A stretch of 64,000 nt of DNA from an uncultured Acidimicrobiales bacterium (GCA_963801315.1 CAWDEI010000002.1:17516-81515); one strand, 5' to 3'; shown: positions 1-10,768, numbered from the stretch's first letter. Notes: generated by a model not told the origin, from the sequence alone. A program made the numbers and translations.

Positions 1-182
1 AGGGACTCGGCCCACTCGGTACGGACCTCGACAGGCGCGACGCACCTTCTGTCGGAAGGCGGGACCACGAGGCCTGGGCTCTGCACCACCTTCAATCATT
101 TGCAGGGACCATCGCCGGAGGAACGTCCGAGATCCAGCGCAACATCATCGCCGAGCGCGTCCTCGGCCTTCCCCGTCGATAG
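1..182 (+). CDS. acyl-CoA dehydrogenase, C-terminal fragment (5' end outside window)
   Basis: The frame ending at stop 180-182 reads ...FAGTIAGGTSEIQRNIIAERVLGLPRR*. GGTSEIQRNIIAERVLGLP is the conserved ACAD C-terminal helix. Confidence 0.6.
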   Translation, partial: GLGPLGTDLDRRDAPSVGRRDHEAWALHHLQSFAGTIAGGTSEIQRNIIAERVLGLPRR

Positions 183-219
183 CCACTCAGGAACACACGG
201 CCAAAGGTCAGGAGGAGAC

Positions 220-1548
220 ATGCCGAGCTACGGCCCCGAGATTCTGGGACCGCCGCAACGCGATCCCGAACAGCAGTTCTGGGACCCGGAGATCCAGACG
301 ATGGATCCGGAGAAGCTTGTGGACCTCCAGGAACAGCGACTTCGTGACCTGGTTCGGAAGATCCTCGACAACCCTGTACCTCTGTTCGCGCGCAAGCTCG
401 CCGAGGCCGGCGTCACTTCCGCGGACGACCTCAAGTCCTTGGACGACATCCGCCACATCCCGCTCACCGTCAAGCAGGACCTGCGCGACTCGGAGACCGA
501 GCACCCACCGTGGGGTGACTACCGCTTCACCGATCCCCACAGGGCGGTAAGGCTCGGCACGTCGACGGGGACGACCGGGACACCCACCATCTCGCTTTGG
601 ACCAGGCGCGATCTGTGGATCGAGTACGAGTCGGGCGCGCGGGTGTGGTGGCGCTACGGGCACCGGCCCGGGATGATCGTGACCCACGCGCACCCCGCCT
701 ACCTCTACAGCGGTGGCGCCATGCTGTCGGGCTGCTACGAGTACTTCGGCTTCTTGAACATCTGGGTCCCACCTCCGGATACCGACGAGCTCGCCGAGCA
801 GGGACTGCGCTTTTGGACCCGAGTCACTCCCGACATCCCGTTCATGGGCTTCTCGACGGGCCGGTTCTTCGAGGTGGCCGCCAAGCTCGGCATCGACCCT
901 GCCGACGCGGGCTTGGTGTTCAAGGGAATGCCCGGGTTCGGCCTCGGCAAAGGGATGCCGCTCATGACAGCCGGTGCCGAGTGCTTCGCCTACCTCGGTG
1001 GTGGATGCGGCAAGGCTCCGGGCGCACATCTCGCTCAGGACTGGGCGATCGTCCAGGCGGTCGACCCGGCGACTGGTGCAGAGGTGCCCGACGGCGAGTG
1101 GGGAAACCTCGTGGTGACCACGCTCGATCGCGACAACGGACTGCTGCGCTACGACCTCGAAGAGGCGTGCGCCATCATGCGCGACCCGTGCCCGTGCGGG
1201 GAGACGACCATCCGAGGCTTGTGGGGCGGCCGCTTCAAGGACTTCATCGGCTGCCAGGGCCACTTCTTCCAGGCGAACGAGCTCGAGTCGGCGCTGCGAT
1301 CCGTGCCAGACGTGTCGGAGCCGACCGTCGAGTGGCAGATGACGAGGCCCGTCGGTGAGCTCGAGCACCAGCCGCTGAGAGTCCGGGTGGAGCGCGGAGC
1401 GTCGGCGACGGCCGACGACGGCGAGATCGCGGGCCGCTGCCGGGCCGCCATAACGGAGGCTCTCGGCATCGAGACGAGCATCGAAGTGCTCGAGCGCGAG
1501 ACCTTGCCGCGCGCCGGGTACAAGGCCTCGCGGGTGGTGGACCCGTGA
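220..1548 (+). CDS. phenylacetate-CoA ligase-like adenylate-forming enzyme (PaaK / F390 synthetase family)
   Basis: ORF 100..1548. ATG at 220 follows AGGAGG (209-215). The N-terminus (EKLVDLQEQRLRDLVRKILDNPVPLFARKLAEAGV...IPLTVKQDLRDSE) is typical of PaaK-type ligases. About 443 aa in one uninterrupted frame. Confidence 0.7.
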   Translation: MPSYGPEILGPPQRDPEQQFWDPEIQTMDPEKLVDLQEQRLRDLVRKILDNPVPLFARKLAEAGVTSADDLKSLDDIRHIPLTVKQDLRDSETEHPPWGDYRFTDPHRAVRLGTSTGTTGTPTISLWTRRDLWIEYESGARVWWRYGHRPGMIVTHAHPAYLYSGGAMLSGCYEYFGFLNIWVPPPDTDELAEQGLRFWTRVTPDIPFMGFSTGRFFEVAAKLGIDPADAGLVFKGMPGFGLGKGMPLMTAGAECFAYLGGGCGKAPGAHLAQDWAIVQAVDPATGAEVPDGEWGNLVVTTLDRDNGLLRYDLEEACAIMRDPCPCGETTIRGLWGGRFKDFIGCQGHFFQANELESALRSVPDVSEPTVEWQMTRPVGELEHQPLRVRVERGASATADDGEIAGRCRAAITEALGIETSIEVLERETLPRAGYKASRVVDP

Positions 1549-3147
1549 CACCCGAGGCATCCGGGACACCTCCGAGGCCGGCGCACGACGCCAAACCGCC
1601 CGACCTGCTGCACCAGGTGACGATGGCGGACGTGCTCGCGCAGCACGCGGCCCACACCGTGCAGCCTGCCTGCGTCTGCGGCGAAGACAGGTACAGCTAC
1701 GCCGAATTCGACGACCGGACCAACCGCCTGGCGAACGCCCTGTCAGAGGTCGGAGTCAGGCACGGAGACCGGATCCTCTGGTTGGCGCAGAACTGCCATC
1801 GCCTGTTGGAGTCGCTGCTCGCGGCCGCGAAGCTCGGCGCGGTCATGTGCCCCGTCAACTGGCGTCAGAGTGCCGACGAGCTCGCCTTCGTCATCGAGGA
1901 CTGCTCTCCCGCCGTTGTCATATGGCAGCAGAACGAGATCGGCGAGAGTCTGGCCAAGGCACACCAGATGGCAGAGAGCTCGACGGCGTACTGGGTACAG
2001 CACGACGGTGACGGAGGCGGCGGTGACGGCGCCAGTGGTTACGAAGCGATGCTCGCGGCGGCGGACCCGGCCCCTCGTGCGGGGATCCCTGTCAGCGAGC
2101 CCGACGCCGTTCTCATGCTCTACACCGCGGCGTTCGCCGGCCGGCCGGCCGGCGCGCTGCTCTCGCATCGGGCGCTCGTCACCCAGGGTGCGCTCCTCGG
2201 CTCGCTCCAGGGGATCGGGGCGGACTACGTCTACCTGAACTGCGGACCGCTGTTCCACGTTGCAACGCTGATGACGACGCTCGCGACGTTCGTTGCGGGA
2301 GGGACGAACGTGTTCACCCCGAGGGTCGATGCCGAGGAGCTGTGCCGGCTGATCGAGTCCGAAAGATGCACCGGAGCATTCATCATGCCGCCGACGATCA
2401 ACCAGATCGTCGAGCTGAACTCTGAAGGGCAATACGACCTGCACACTCTCCGGACGTTCGCCGGCAAACGCGCAGTGGACGGCGATGATCACCCCTGACG
2501 ACTCGCCTTGGGGCCGCCATCCGGGCGGCTACGGACAGACAGAGGTGATGGGGCTCGTCAGCTTCGGCGCGCTCGGGCCTTCGACCGGAAGCCACGGCCG
2601 GCCTGCACCGTTCCTGCGCATCGGGATCCTCGACCCCGAGGGCCACGAGGTGGAGCAGGGCGAGACCGGTGAGATCTGCGTGCGGGGACCGACGGTCATG
2701 AACGGTTACTTCAACCGGCCCGAGCAGAACGCCGAGCGGCGCGCGGGTGGGTGGCACCACACGAACGATCTGGGCCGAATCGAGCCGGACGGGTCGCTGA
2801 CCTTCATCGGGCCCAAGTCGAGGCTCATAAAGTCGGCCGCCGAGAACATCTACCCGACCGAGGTCGAGGGCTGCCTGAAGACACATCCTGGCGTCGCCGA
2901 CGCCGCCGTGATCGGGGTACCCGACCGCACCTGGGGTCAGAACGTCGTCGCTGTCGTCGTGCTGGCCGAAGGGGCCGAGGCATCCGCGGACGAGATCATC
3001 GAGCACTGCCGGTCCCACATCGCCTCGTACAAGAAGCCGAAGGCGGTCGAGTTCGTCGACTCGCTGCCGCGGCAGGGGTTCATGGTCGACTACGACGCTC
3101 TCGACGAGACCTTCGGTGGAGGCGGCTACCCCGGCACCGGAGCGTGA
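1545..3147 (+). pseudogene. AMP-dependent acyl-CoA synthetase (FadD-like), frameshifted
   Basis: The N-terminal two thirds are in ORF 1545..2498. The C-terminal third (GYGQTEVMG, GEICVRGPTVMNGYF, SYKKPKAVEFVDSLP) is in ORF 2485..3147, a different frame. The junction is at about 2460-2498. GTG 1545 overlaps the upstream TGA (GTGA). Confidence 0.8.
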
Positions 3148-3171
3148 GAACCCGACCCTGAGCGCTCGGTG

Positions 3172-3943
3172 CTACATGTGCTTCAGCACCTGGCCCGCGG
3201 CTTTCCTTGCGAGCGATCGCGGCGCGATCCGGACCGACGCGGCGCCGACTTTGTTCACGAGCCCGGGAACGCACACCGCCTGATTGCGTTCCAGGGCACT
3301 GAGACCGGCCACGGCGACCGCCTCCGGCCCGGCCCACATCACGCCGGGCACGTTCGTCGCCTCCATGCCGGCGCGGCTCTGGAACGCGGTGCGCGTGAAG
3401 CCCGGGCACAGAGCGGTCACGTGGACTCCCGAAGAAAGGACCTCCTCGTGCAGGGCCTCGGTGAACGACCGGACGAAGGCCTTCGTCGCGGAGTAGGTCG
3501 CGTTCTTGGGCCCAGGCTGGAAGCTCGCGGTCGACGCGACGTTGAGCAGGTTGCCCGAGCGACGAGGAACCATGACCTCGAGGGCCGCGTGACTCAGCGC
3601 AACGAGCGCACTCACATTCAGCTGGATCTCACCGAGCTCTTCGGCGAGCGGAAGCTCGTGGAAGAAGCCGACGCTTCCGTAGCCGGCGTTGTTCACGACG
3701 GTCGTGACGGCCGGCTCGCGGATCCGGTGGGCCACCGCCTCGACTCCCGAAGGGTCCAAAAGATCCGCGACGAGCACTTCACATCTCACGGAATGACGGC
3801 CGGCGAGCTCGTCGGAGAGCTTCTTCAGCGCTCGTTCCCGTCGCGCCACGAGCACGACGTCGAAGCCTCGCGCCGCAAGAGCACGCGCTCAGAGCCTCTC
3901 CTATTCCCGACGATGCACCGGTGACGAGAGCCGACTCAGGCAT
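3172..3943 (-). pseudogene. short-chain dehydrogenase/reductase (SDR), frameshifted near N-terminus
   Basis: ORF 3172..3855 carries NNAG and the YSATK catalytic motif but lacks the Rossmann start. MPESALVTGASSGIGEAL (TGxxxGIG) is encoded at 3943-3890 in another frame. The shift is at about 3885-3890. Confidence 0.75.
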
Positions 3944-4016
3944 GGAGGCAGGCTACCCCTGAGCCGAGAGCGACGTCCGGGAGGATGTCCGGTCCGCCGT
4001 CAGACAGAATCAGCTC

Positions 4017-4786
4017 GTGAATTCGGCCACCGAATCCCCGATACTTGCGTTGCTTCGGCGGGACCTCGAATGCTTCGCGGAGGAAATGAAGCCCCTCGAG
4101 GGAGGCTGGTTGGTGCGTTCACTCGCCTTCGAGAAGGTTTACGAGCTCAACCAGGTGCGGTTGAAAGCCCCGATCGAGTTCGAGAAGTGCCTCGCTCTCA
4201 CCGAAGAGTGCATGTCCGAATTCGCGTTCCGTCACCTGGTGATCGAGGACGGCAGCGCTGCGGCCCATCTGGAAGGGCGATTCCTCGCCGCGGGGTGGAA
4301 CGTCGAACGCGACGTCATCATGGCATTGGACCGCCCACCGGATCGCGAGGTGGACACCAGTGCCGTGGTCGAACTCGAAGAAGACCAGATGGTAAAGCTG
4401 ATGAAGCTTTGGGCTCTGGAAGAGCACGTTGGCATTGCACCGGAGACAGTCGGCCAGCTGATGGAGTACAACCGTCTGGTGGGAAGAGCATGGAACGAAA
4501 GGTGCTTCGGCATCGTCGGAGACGACGGCGCACCGGTCGCGATAACCAAGCTGCGCATGAACGACACCGTCGCTTGGGTCGAAGATGTGTACACGGTGCC
4601 CGAGGCGCGGGGCGTGGCTACGCCCGAATGCTCGTGACCCATGCCACAGCGACTGCACGATCGGATAGAAAGGACCTGACCTTCATTCTCGCCGACGACG
4701 ACGACTGGCCCAAGAACCTCTATTCGCGGATCGGATTCGATCGCGTCGGCGAGATGCGGGTGTTTCGCTTGACTCCGTCTGCCTAG
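4017..4786 (+). pseudogene. GNAT-family N-acetyltransferase, frameshifted
   Basis: ORF 4017..4637 ends ...VEDVYTVPEARGVATPECS*. The expected continuation, RGRGYARMLVTHATA...DWPKNLYSRIGFDRVG (acetyl-CoA binding R/Q-x-x-G-x-G/A), is in ORF 4070..4786. The shift lies in a GGGG run at about 4610. Confidence 0.75.
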
Positions 4787-4884
4787 CTGCCCGTCTGCCT
4801 AGCTGCCCGTCCGCCTAGCTGCCCGTCCGCCTAGCTGCCCGTCCGCCTAGCTGCCCGTCTGCCTAGCTGCCCGTCTGCCTAGCT
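4775..4884. repeat. 16-bp tandem repeat, about 6.5 copies (gcctagctgcccgtc[t/c])
   Basis: gcctag recurs every 16 bp at 4781, 4797, 4813, 4829, 4845, 4861 and 4877. The first copy contains the GNAT stop codon TAG (4784-4786). Copies differ only by a t/c polymorphism. Confidence 0.9.
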
Positions 4885-4901
4885 ACCTCGCCTCGATCGG
4901 T

Positions 4902-6049
4902 TCAGAGGCCGATCAGGTCCGCCACCTTCGCCCGGTGCTGCGACGCCGTTCCGAGAAGCGCAGCCGCGGTCCTCACTCGCTTCACGTACAGGTGCATGTC
5001 GTGCTCCCACGTGTAGCCGATACCCCCGAGGCACTGGATGCCCTCGACACCGATCAGTCGCTCGCAGTCCCCCGCGGCCGACTTCGCCATCGACGCCGCG
5101 AGGGTCCGGCGTCCATCCTCCTCTGCGATGGCAGCCGCGGCGAAGCGCACCGTCGCACGGGTGGCCTCGAGTGCCACGTACATGTTGGCGAGCTTGTGCT
5201 TCATGGCTTGGAAAGAGCCGATCTTCACGCCGAACTGCTCACGCGTCTTGGCGTACGCGAGGAGGATGTCGACGATCCCCTGGCAAGTGCCGACCATCTC
5301 GGCAGCGAGTGCGGTCGTCGCCTCTTCGAGGATCCTCTGCAGGACGTCCGCGCACGATCCAGGCTCTCCCAGTGCGTCACCGGCTCCGACGGCCACAGAC
5401 GACAGGTTCACCGCAGCGAGCTCGCGGGTCGAGTCGAGCGACGCCATCGGCCGGATCTCGAGGCCTTCAGCGTCGGCCGGCACGACGAAGAGTCCGAGGC
5501 CGTCGGCTCCGGTCGAACCTTCGAGGCGGGCCACGACGACGAGGTTGCTCGCCCTCGACGCCTCGAGCACGAAGGCCTTCCTCCCGTCGATGACGATACC
5601 CGCCGTCGCGGGGCACGAAGACCGTACGCACCCCTTGCAGGTCGAAGCTCCCCGCCGCCTCTGCGAATGCGAGGGTCCCGGCGGCACCGCTCCCGGCTAT
5701 CGGGTCGAGAAACCGGCTCTGCTGTTCTGCCGATCCCGCTTCGCGGACAGCGGTCACGAACTGGGACGCCGTCGCGAGGAAACGGTCCCGGCGCGAGGGC
5801 GCGGCCGAGCTGCTCGGAGACGACCGCAAGCTCCACGGCACCGAGGCCGAGGCCGCCTTCCGCTTCGGGAACCGTCAGAGAAGGCCAGTCGAGCGCCACC
5901 ATCCGGGTCCAGAGGTCGTCGACCGCCTTCGCGGCGTCCTGCTGCTCTTCGACCACGCGCCTCGCCAGGTCGACTGACTGCTCGCGGTCCAGCACGTCTC
6001 GAACCGAGGTCTCGAGCTCGCGCTGCTCGTCGGAAAGGTCCAGATCCAT
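4902..6049 (-). pseudogene. acyl-CoA dehydrogenase, two frameshifts
   Basis: The family sequence runs through three frames: MDLDLSDEQRELE...SEQLGRALAPGPF (ORF 5408..6136), then LATASQFVTAVREAGSAEQQSRFL...FDLQGVRT (ORF 5467..5841), then ...GIVIDGRKAFVLEA...GGIGYTWEHDMHLYVKR (ORF 4902..5687). Shifts are at about 5778 and 5620. Confidence 0.8.
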
Positions 6050-6065
6050 CGTCGTCGTGCGCCCG

Positions 6066-8219
6066 TCAGCTTCCAGCGCTGTCCGTCGAGGAGCCTTGAA
6101 GCACCACGAGCGAGTCGACGGCGACCGCACCAGCACCTTGCTCGCGGACGACGACGGGATTCAGGTCGAGCTCGGCGAGCCTGTCACCACAGGCGGTGGC
6201 GAGCGACGCGACCGATAGGGCCACGTCGACGAGAGCCTTCGTGTCACCCTTCGGACGACCCCGCGCGCCGGCGAGAAGCGCGGCGCCGCGCAGGGACGCG
6301 ACCATCTCTTCGACGTCGCGCCTGTCGACCGGAAGCGGCCTCACCGCGACATCGCGGAGCACCTCGGCGAAGACACCGCCGGTTCCGACGAGCAGCACCG
6401 GGCCGAACACCGGGTCGGTGGACAGCCCGACGATCATCTCGGTGCCGCCTTCAGCTGTTGCTGGACCTGGATTCCCTCGATCCGTGGGCGCGGGCTTCAT
6501 GGCCTCCGCCCGGTCGGTCAGCTCGCGGTAAGTGGAGCGGACCTCGGCGGCCGAGCCGACATCGAGACGAACGAGCCCGGCATCGGACTTGTGCGCGATG
6601 TCGGGAGAGGCGACCTTCATCACGACCGGGTAGCCGAACGAGTCGGCCGCGCGGACCGCCGCGGCAGCCGAGGTTGCGACCGTGTCGCCGGCGAGGGGAA
6701 CGCCGAACGAATCGAGCAACCGGCGCGCGAGGTCGGTCCCGACGCCGACCGTCGCGGCCGCTCTGGCCGCCAGCGCGGTCGCCGATCGCTCGGACGACAA
6801 GCCCGGCAGCTCGAGATCGCGCGCCGGCGTTGAGCGTGCTCGCACGCGGGCGGAAGTGCTTCGCAGCGCGCTCGTACCCGGCGAACGAATGCAGAGCCGA
6901 GAAGCAGTTGCGGAACGACCTGAAGAGCGGCACTCCGGCGTCCACGAGCGTGCGGAACCCGGCCTCGTCGGTCTTGAAGGAGTTCCAGGTCACGACGACG
7001 GGCTTCGGGAGCTCGTCGATGAACGCGACGATGTCCTCGGCGAACCGGTCCGTCAGCCGTCCGAGCGCGCCAGTGAGGCCGACCACCACGACGTCGATGT
7101 TCTCGTCGGCACAGATGAGGTCGAACACGCGCCGACGGTCCTCGATCGGATTGGTGACGAGGAATTGCGCCCCGTTGTCGACCGGGTTGGCGACAGTCAG
7201 GTAGTCGGGGATCATCGACCTGAGTGCCTGCTGCGTCGAGGGCCCGAGCACGGGAACCGGCACGCCGTGAGATTCGGCGACCTCGGCCATGAGAGCTCCC
7301 GAACCGCCCGAGATCGAATAGAGACATGCGTTCGGACCGGTCCCGGCGGGAAGCTTGGCAAACAGCGCGGCCGTTTCGAGGAGCTCGTCGAGATCCCGCA
7401 CCCTCACCACGCCGTACTGCTGGAACAGCCCGTTCACGACGGCGTCGGAGCCGGCGAGGTGCCCGGTGTGCGAAGAGGCCATCCGGGTGCCCGCCTCGGT
7501 CGATCCCACCTTCAGGGCGACGACGGGTTTTCGCGCGGAGTTGGAGGCCTCGAGGGCCCGCCTCAGCTTCGGCGGGTCCTTGAAGCCCTCGAAGTAACCG
7601 GCGATCACCGCCGTGTCGTCGTCGTGTGCGAAGTACTCGATGAAGTCCGCCGCCTCGAGGTCGAGCTCGTTGCCGGTCGGAACCCAGCGGCTGAACGAGA
7701 CTCCGAACTCGGTTCCCTGGACGATGGGCCGGCCCTGGTGGCCGCTCTGGGTGACGAGACCGATCCTGCCGCCGCGTCTCGTTGGAGGCTCCGGCAGCTC
7801 CTCGAACGCGTTGGTGTTGGTGTTCGGCCCGAAGACCCGCATCGAGTACTTGCGCGCCATCTCGCCAACCGCGCTCCATGCGTGCGCCTTCGGGCCCTAC
7901 CTCGGAGAACCCGGCAGTGAAGATGAGGACGTAGTTGACGCCGTGCTCGCCGCACTCCTCCACGGTCTTGAGCACGTACCGGGTGCCGACGTTCACGACG
8001 GCCAAGCGGGACCTTCGCCGGGATGTCGGTCACGTGCTCGTAGATCGGGATGTCCCCGACCGAACCGCCCTTGGCGTTCACGAGGTACCAACGGTCGCCC
8101 CAGCGCTCGCCGTAGTGGGCGCGGAGCTTCTCGGGCTTCGAGTTCCGGTTGACCGAGCCCACGAGGGCGACCGCTGTCGGGTGGAAGAACTCCTCCAGGT
8201 CGGTTCGCTGCTGGGCCAC
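6066..8219 (-). pseudogene. NDP-forming acyl-CoA synthetase (CoA-binding + ATP-grasp; ADP-forming acetate-CoA ligase family), multiple frameshifts
   Basis: One protein is split over ORFs 7605..8219, 6620..8005, 6451..7860 and 6066..6845. The sequence runs FFHPTAVALVGS..., VNVGTRYVLKTVEECGEHGV..., GRIGLVTQSGHQG...SSHTGHLAG..., then ...YPVVMKVASPDIAHKSDAGLVRL...GGTEMIVG. Shifts are at about 8005, 7870 and 6830, plus a compensating pair at about 6445-6505. Confidence 0.8.
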
Positions 8220-8244
8220 TCGCCCCCTACCTCTCCACTTTCCT

Positions 8245-8312
8245 GCTCTGCCCAGTGACGCTCTGCCCAGTGACGCTCTGCCCAGTGACGCTCAGCCCAG
8301 TGACGCTCAGCC
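8245..8312. repeat. 15-bp tandem repeat, about 4.5 copies (cccagtgacgctc[t/a]g)
   Basis: Copies lie at 8251, 8266, 8281 and 8296. The stop codon of the SDR gene (tca at 8307-8309) lies in the last full copy. Plus-strand ORF 8149..8376 (SDALPSDALP...) is a translation artefact of this repeat. Confidence 0.9.
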
Positions 8313-9134
8313 GAACAGCGACGAGAGGTCGATGGTCCCCGTCGTCATCCCGCCGTTGAAGCCTCCGTCTGCGTAGACGTTGGCGCCCGTCACGTAACTG
8401 GCGGCGTCACTGTTCAAGAAGGTGAGAACGTGAGCCTGCTCCTCGGGAGTCGAGTTCCGGCCCCAGAGAGGCTTCGGGAACTTGTCCATGAAGTCCTTGC
8501 CCATCGCCTGTACGAACGAAGGCATCATCGGGGTGTCGGTGGGACCGGGGCTCGTGCAGTTGACCCGGATGCCCTTCGGTGCGTACTCGATCGCTGCACG
8601 CATCGTCCAGATGATGATGACCTGCTTGGAGAGCAGGTATCCCTCGCCGACGAGCTCCGGGGTGGCCTCGCACCAGGCCTTGGCCTCTTCGTACCCGGGG
8701 GTCTCGAAAAGAGGCGAGACCGCCTCGATCATGTGCTCCCAGCCCATGCCGCCGGCAGAAGAGATCGTGGCCACTGCACTGCCCGAAGGCATCATCTCGG
8801 CGGCCTTCGACGTCAGGTGCCTGGCGGCCACGAAGTTGACGAGCATGGTGTCGAGCCCCGAGAACGGCGGCCCGGGGAGTCCGGCGCAGTTGAACAGGGC
8901 GTCCAGACCCGAGCCGCCGAGATCGGCGACCGCTTCGTCGATCGCATCCGGTGAACGGAGGTCGACCTGACCTGTAGCTGGCGACATCGGACGTCGGCTC
9001 CTTCATGTCGAACACGTGCACCTCGGCACCGAGCTCGAGCAGGTCGCGGACCGTCGCTGCGCCCATCCCGCGCCGCCGCCGCCGCTGACGAGGACGCGCT
9101 TGTTCTCGTAGCTCCAGATGCTCGCCACAGCCAT
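8307..9134 (-). pseudogene. short-chain dehydrogenase/reductase (SDR), two frameshifts
   Basis: MAVASIWSYENKRVLVSGGGGAG is encoded at 9134-9066 in frame 1. MGAATVRDLLELGAEVHVFDMKEPTSDVASY is in ORF 8407..9213. QVDLRSPDAIDEAV...YLLSKQVIIIW...VNCTSPGPTDTPM...ADGGF is in ORF 8307..8987. Shifts are at about 9065 and 8970. Confidence 0.75.
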
Positions 9135-9289
9135 CCCTTTCCGATCGGATCCCTGTTCGGTACCCGTTCGTTGCGTGTTCGTTGCCTGTTCGAGTCCTAT
9201 CGCATCCGGTCACCGGAGGTCACGCCGGCACACACCACTGACCAATCTTCGTCCGGTGGCAGTCAGGGCCGTCTCAGCCCTGATCGCCT

Positions 9290-10442
9290 CTAGCCAAGGC
9301 GGTAGAGCTCGAGGGCGTTGTCACAGACCATGCGGCGTCGCTCGGCTTCGGGCACCCCACCCATCGAATCCTCGATGACCCGCCTGCTGTACGGCCAGTC
9401 GTGACGGTGGTGCGGGTAGTCGGTCGACCACATCATGTTGTCGACGCCGATCCAGTGCCTAGTGGCCACGGCGAACGGCTCGCGGATGAAGGTCGCCTTC
9501 CAGTTTCGCCGGAAGTACTCGCTCGGCAGTCGCTTGAGCGGCGACTTCGTCCAGGTCCTGTTCCGCCAGTAGTGGTCGTCCATGTGCTCCAAGAAGTGCG
9601 GGATCCAGCCCACTCCGCACTCGACAGCCACCATCTGCAGACCCGGGAAGCGGTCGTAGATGCCCGAGTAGATGAACTTCGACATGAACTGCGAAGCGTC
9701 ACCCACGGGTCCGCCCATCTCGGCGAGCCCGATCTGCTCGGCCGAACGAGGCCGCAGCCTTCTGGAACGAGCCCTCCGACTTGCGCTTTCCCGCCTGGCG
9801 CAGGCCGCTGTGGATGTGGATGGGCATCTGCTCTTCTTCGGCGGCCTCCCAGAACGGGTCGTCCTCCTCGGACAGTTCCGACCCGCCTGAGGGATAGGCG
9901 GAGATGATCACGCCCCGGTAGCCGGCCGCTTTCGCATCACGCAACCACTTGACGGCGGTGGACGTGTCGACGCCTGGCATCTGGGCAAGCCCGATCAGCC
10001 GATCCGGGTCCGCGGACATGAACTCGTCGTGCATCCAGGTGTTGTAGGCCTCGAGGCCGGCTAGGTGGTAGTCGTCGTCCTCCTGTGCCATGAAGGCACC
10101 CATCGTCCTCTGCGAAGGGAAGAGAACTTCGGCGTCGACCCCGTCGATGTCCTGCTCCTCGACCCGGGCCTTTCCCTCGTAGGCGCCTTTGCGCATCGAT
10201 TCGTAGGTGGACCCGTACCACTCGAGCTCCTCGTAGCGCTTGCCCCATCTACCGGCGTTGGTCACGAGACCGAGAGGCATCGGTGGCGTTCCGGGCACGA
10301 GCTCCCAGGCGTCGCCGCCTTTCTCGTCCTTCACGAGCTTCGGTGCGCGATCCGCGAATTTCTTCGGAAGGTACTTCGACCACATGTCGGGCGGCTCGAT
10401 CACGTGCCCATCGGCGGAGATCAGCCGGTATTCGCGCCCCAT
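9290..10442 (-). pseudogene. amidohydrolase-2 (ACMSD-like metal-dependent hydrolase) family, frameshifted
   Basis: The N-terminal part is ORF 9699..10442 (MGREYRLISADGHVIEPPDMW...). The C-terminal part is ORF 9290..9718 (...GWIPHFLEHMDDHYW...WSTDYPHHRHDWP). The junction ...KAAASF / AEQIGLAEMGGPV is at about 9745. It is a paralogue of the intact gene at 19158. Confidence 0.8.
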
Positions 10443-10553
10443 CCTTCCTCCCTGCGACTTTCCTGCGACCTTGGCCGTCGGGGCGAACCAAGTTGCCAGG
10501 TTGCCGTTGCCCGGCAGGAGACGTTTCGCGGCCTTTGACCAGCCCGAAGTTCC

Positions 10554-10569
10554 CTGACTCTCGTGTCAG
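10554..10569. promoter_or_regulatory. palindromic operator-like site CTGACTCTCGTGTCAG
   Basis: Exact CTGAC-N6-GTCAG, about 112 bp upstream of the amidohydrolase start (10442, minus strand). The same motif occurs at 19094, 27741 and 27774. Confidence 0.5.
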
Positions 10570-10588
10570 CTTACTTCGTGCCCATCCT

Positions 10589-10623
10589 GGTCGCCTTTGG
10601 GTCGCCTTTGGGTCGCCTTTGGG
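10589..10623. repeat. 11-bp tandem repeat x3 (tcgcctttggg)
   Basis: Three exact copies at 10591, 10602 and 10613, in the non-coding stretch upstream of the amidohydrolase gene. Confidence 0.85.
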
Positions 10624-10768
10624 CCGACGCCGCCTCCGAGGTCGACATGCCGTTTCTATTTTGGCGTTTTGTATACACATTGTTATATACACGCCCGTTC
10701 CATAAACGCCGATTTTGAATCCGCCGAGAGACTCTGACTCCGCAAGGCGGCAGCGCGGCTCAGGACGC

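Noticed and set aside
4775-4884. Possible CRISPR array: regularly spaced 16-bp repeats.
   Set aside because: The units abut one another with no spacers, the unit is too short, and no cas genes are nearby. It is a simple tandem repeat.
8149-8376. ORF encoding SDALPSDALPSDALPSDAQPSDAQP, a repeat protein.
   Set aside because: It is the plus-strand translation of the 15-bp DNA tandem repeat located between two minus-strand genes. It has no RBS and no flanking coding signal.
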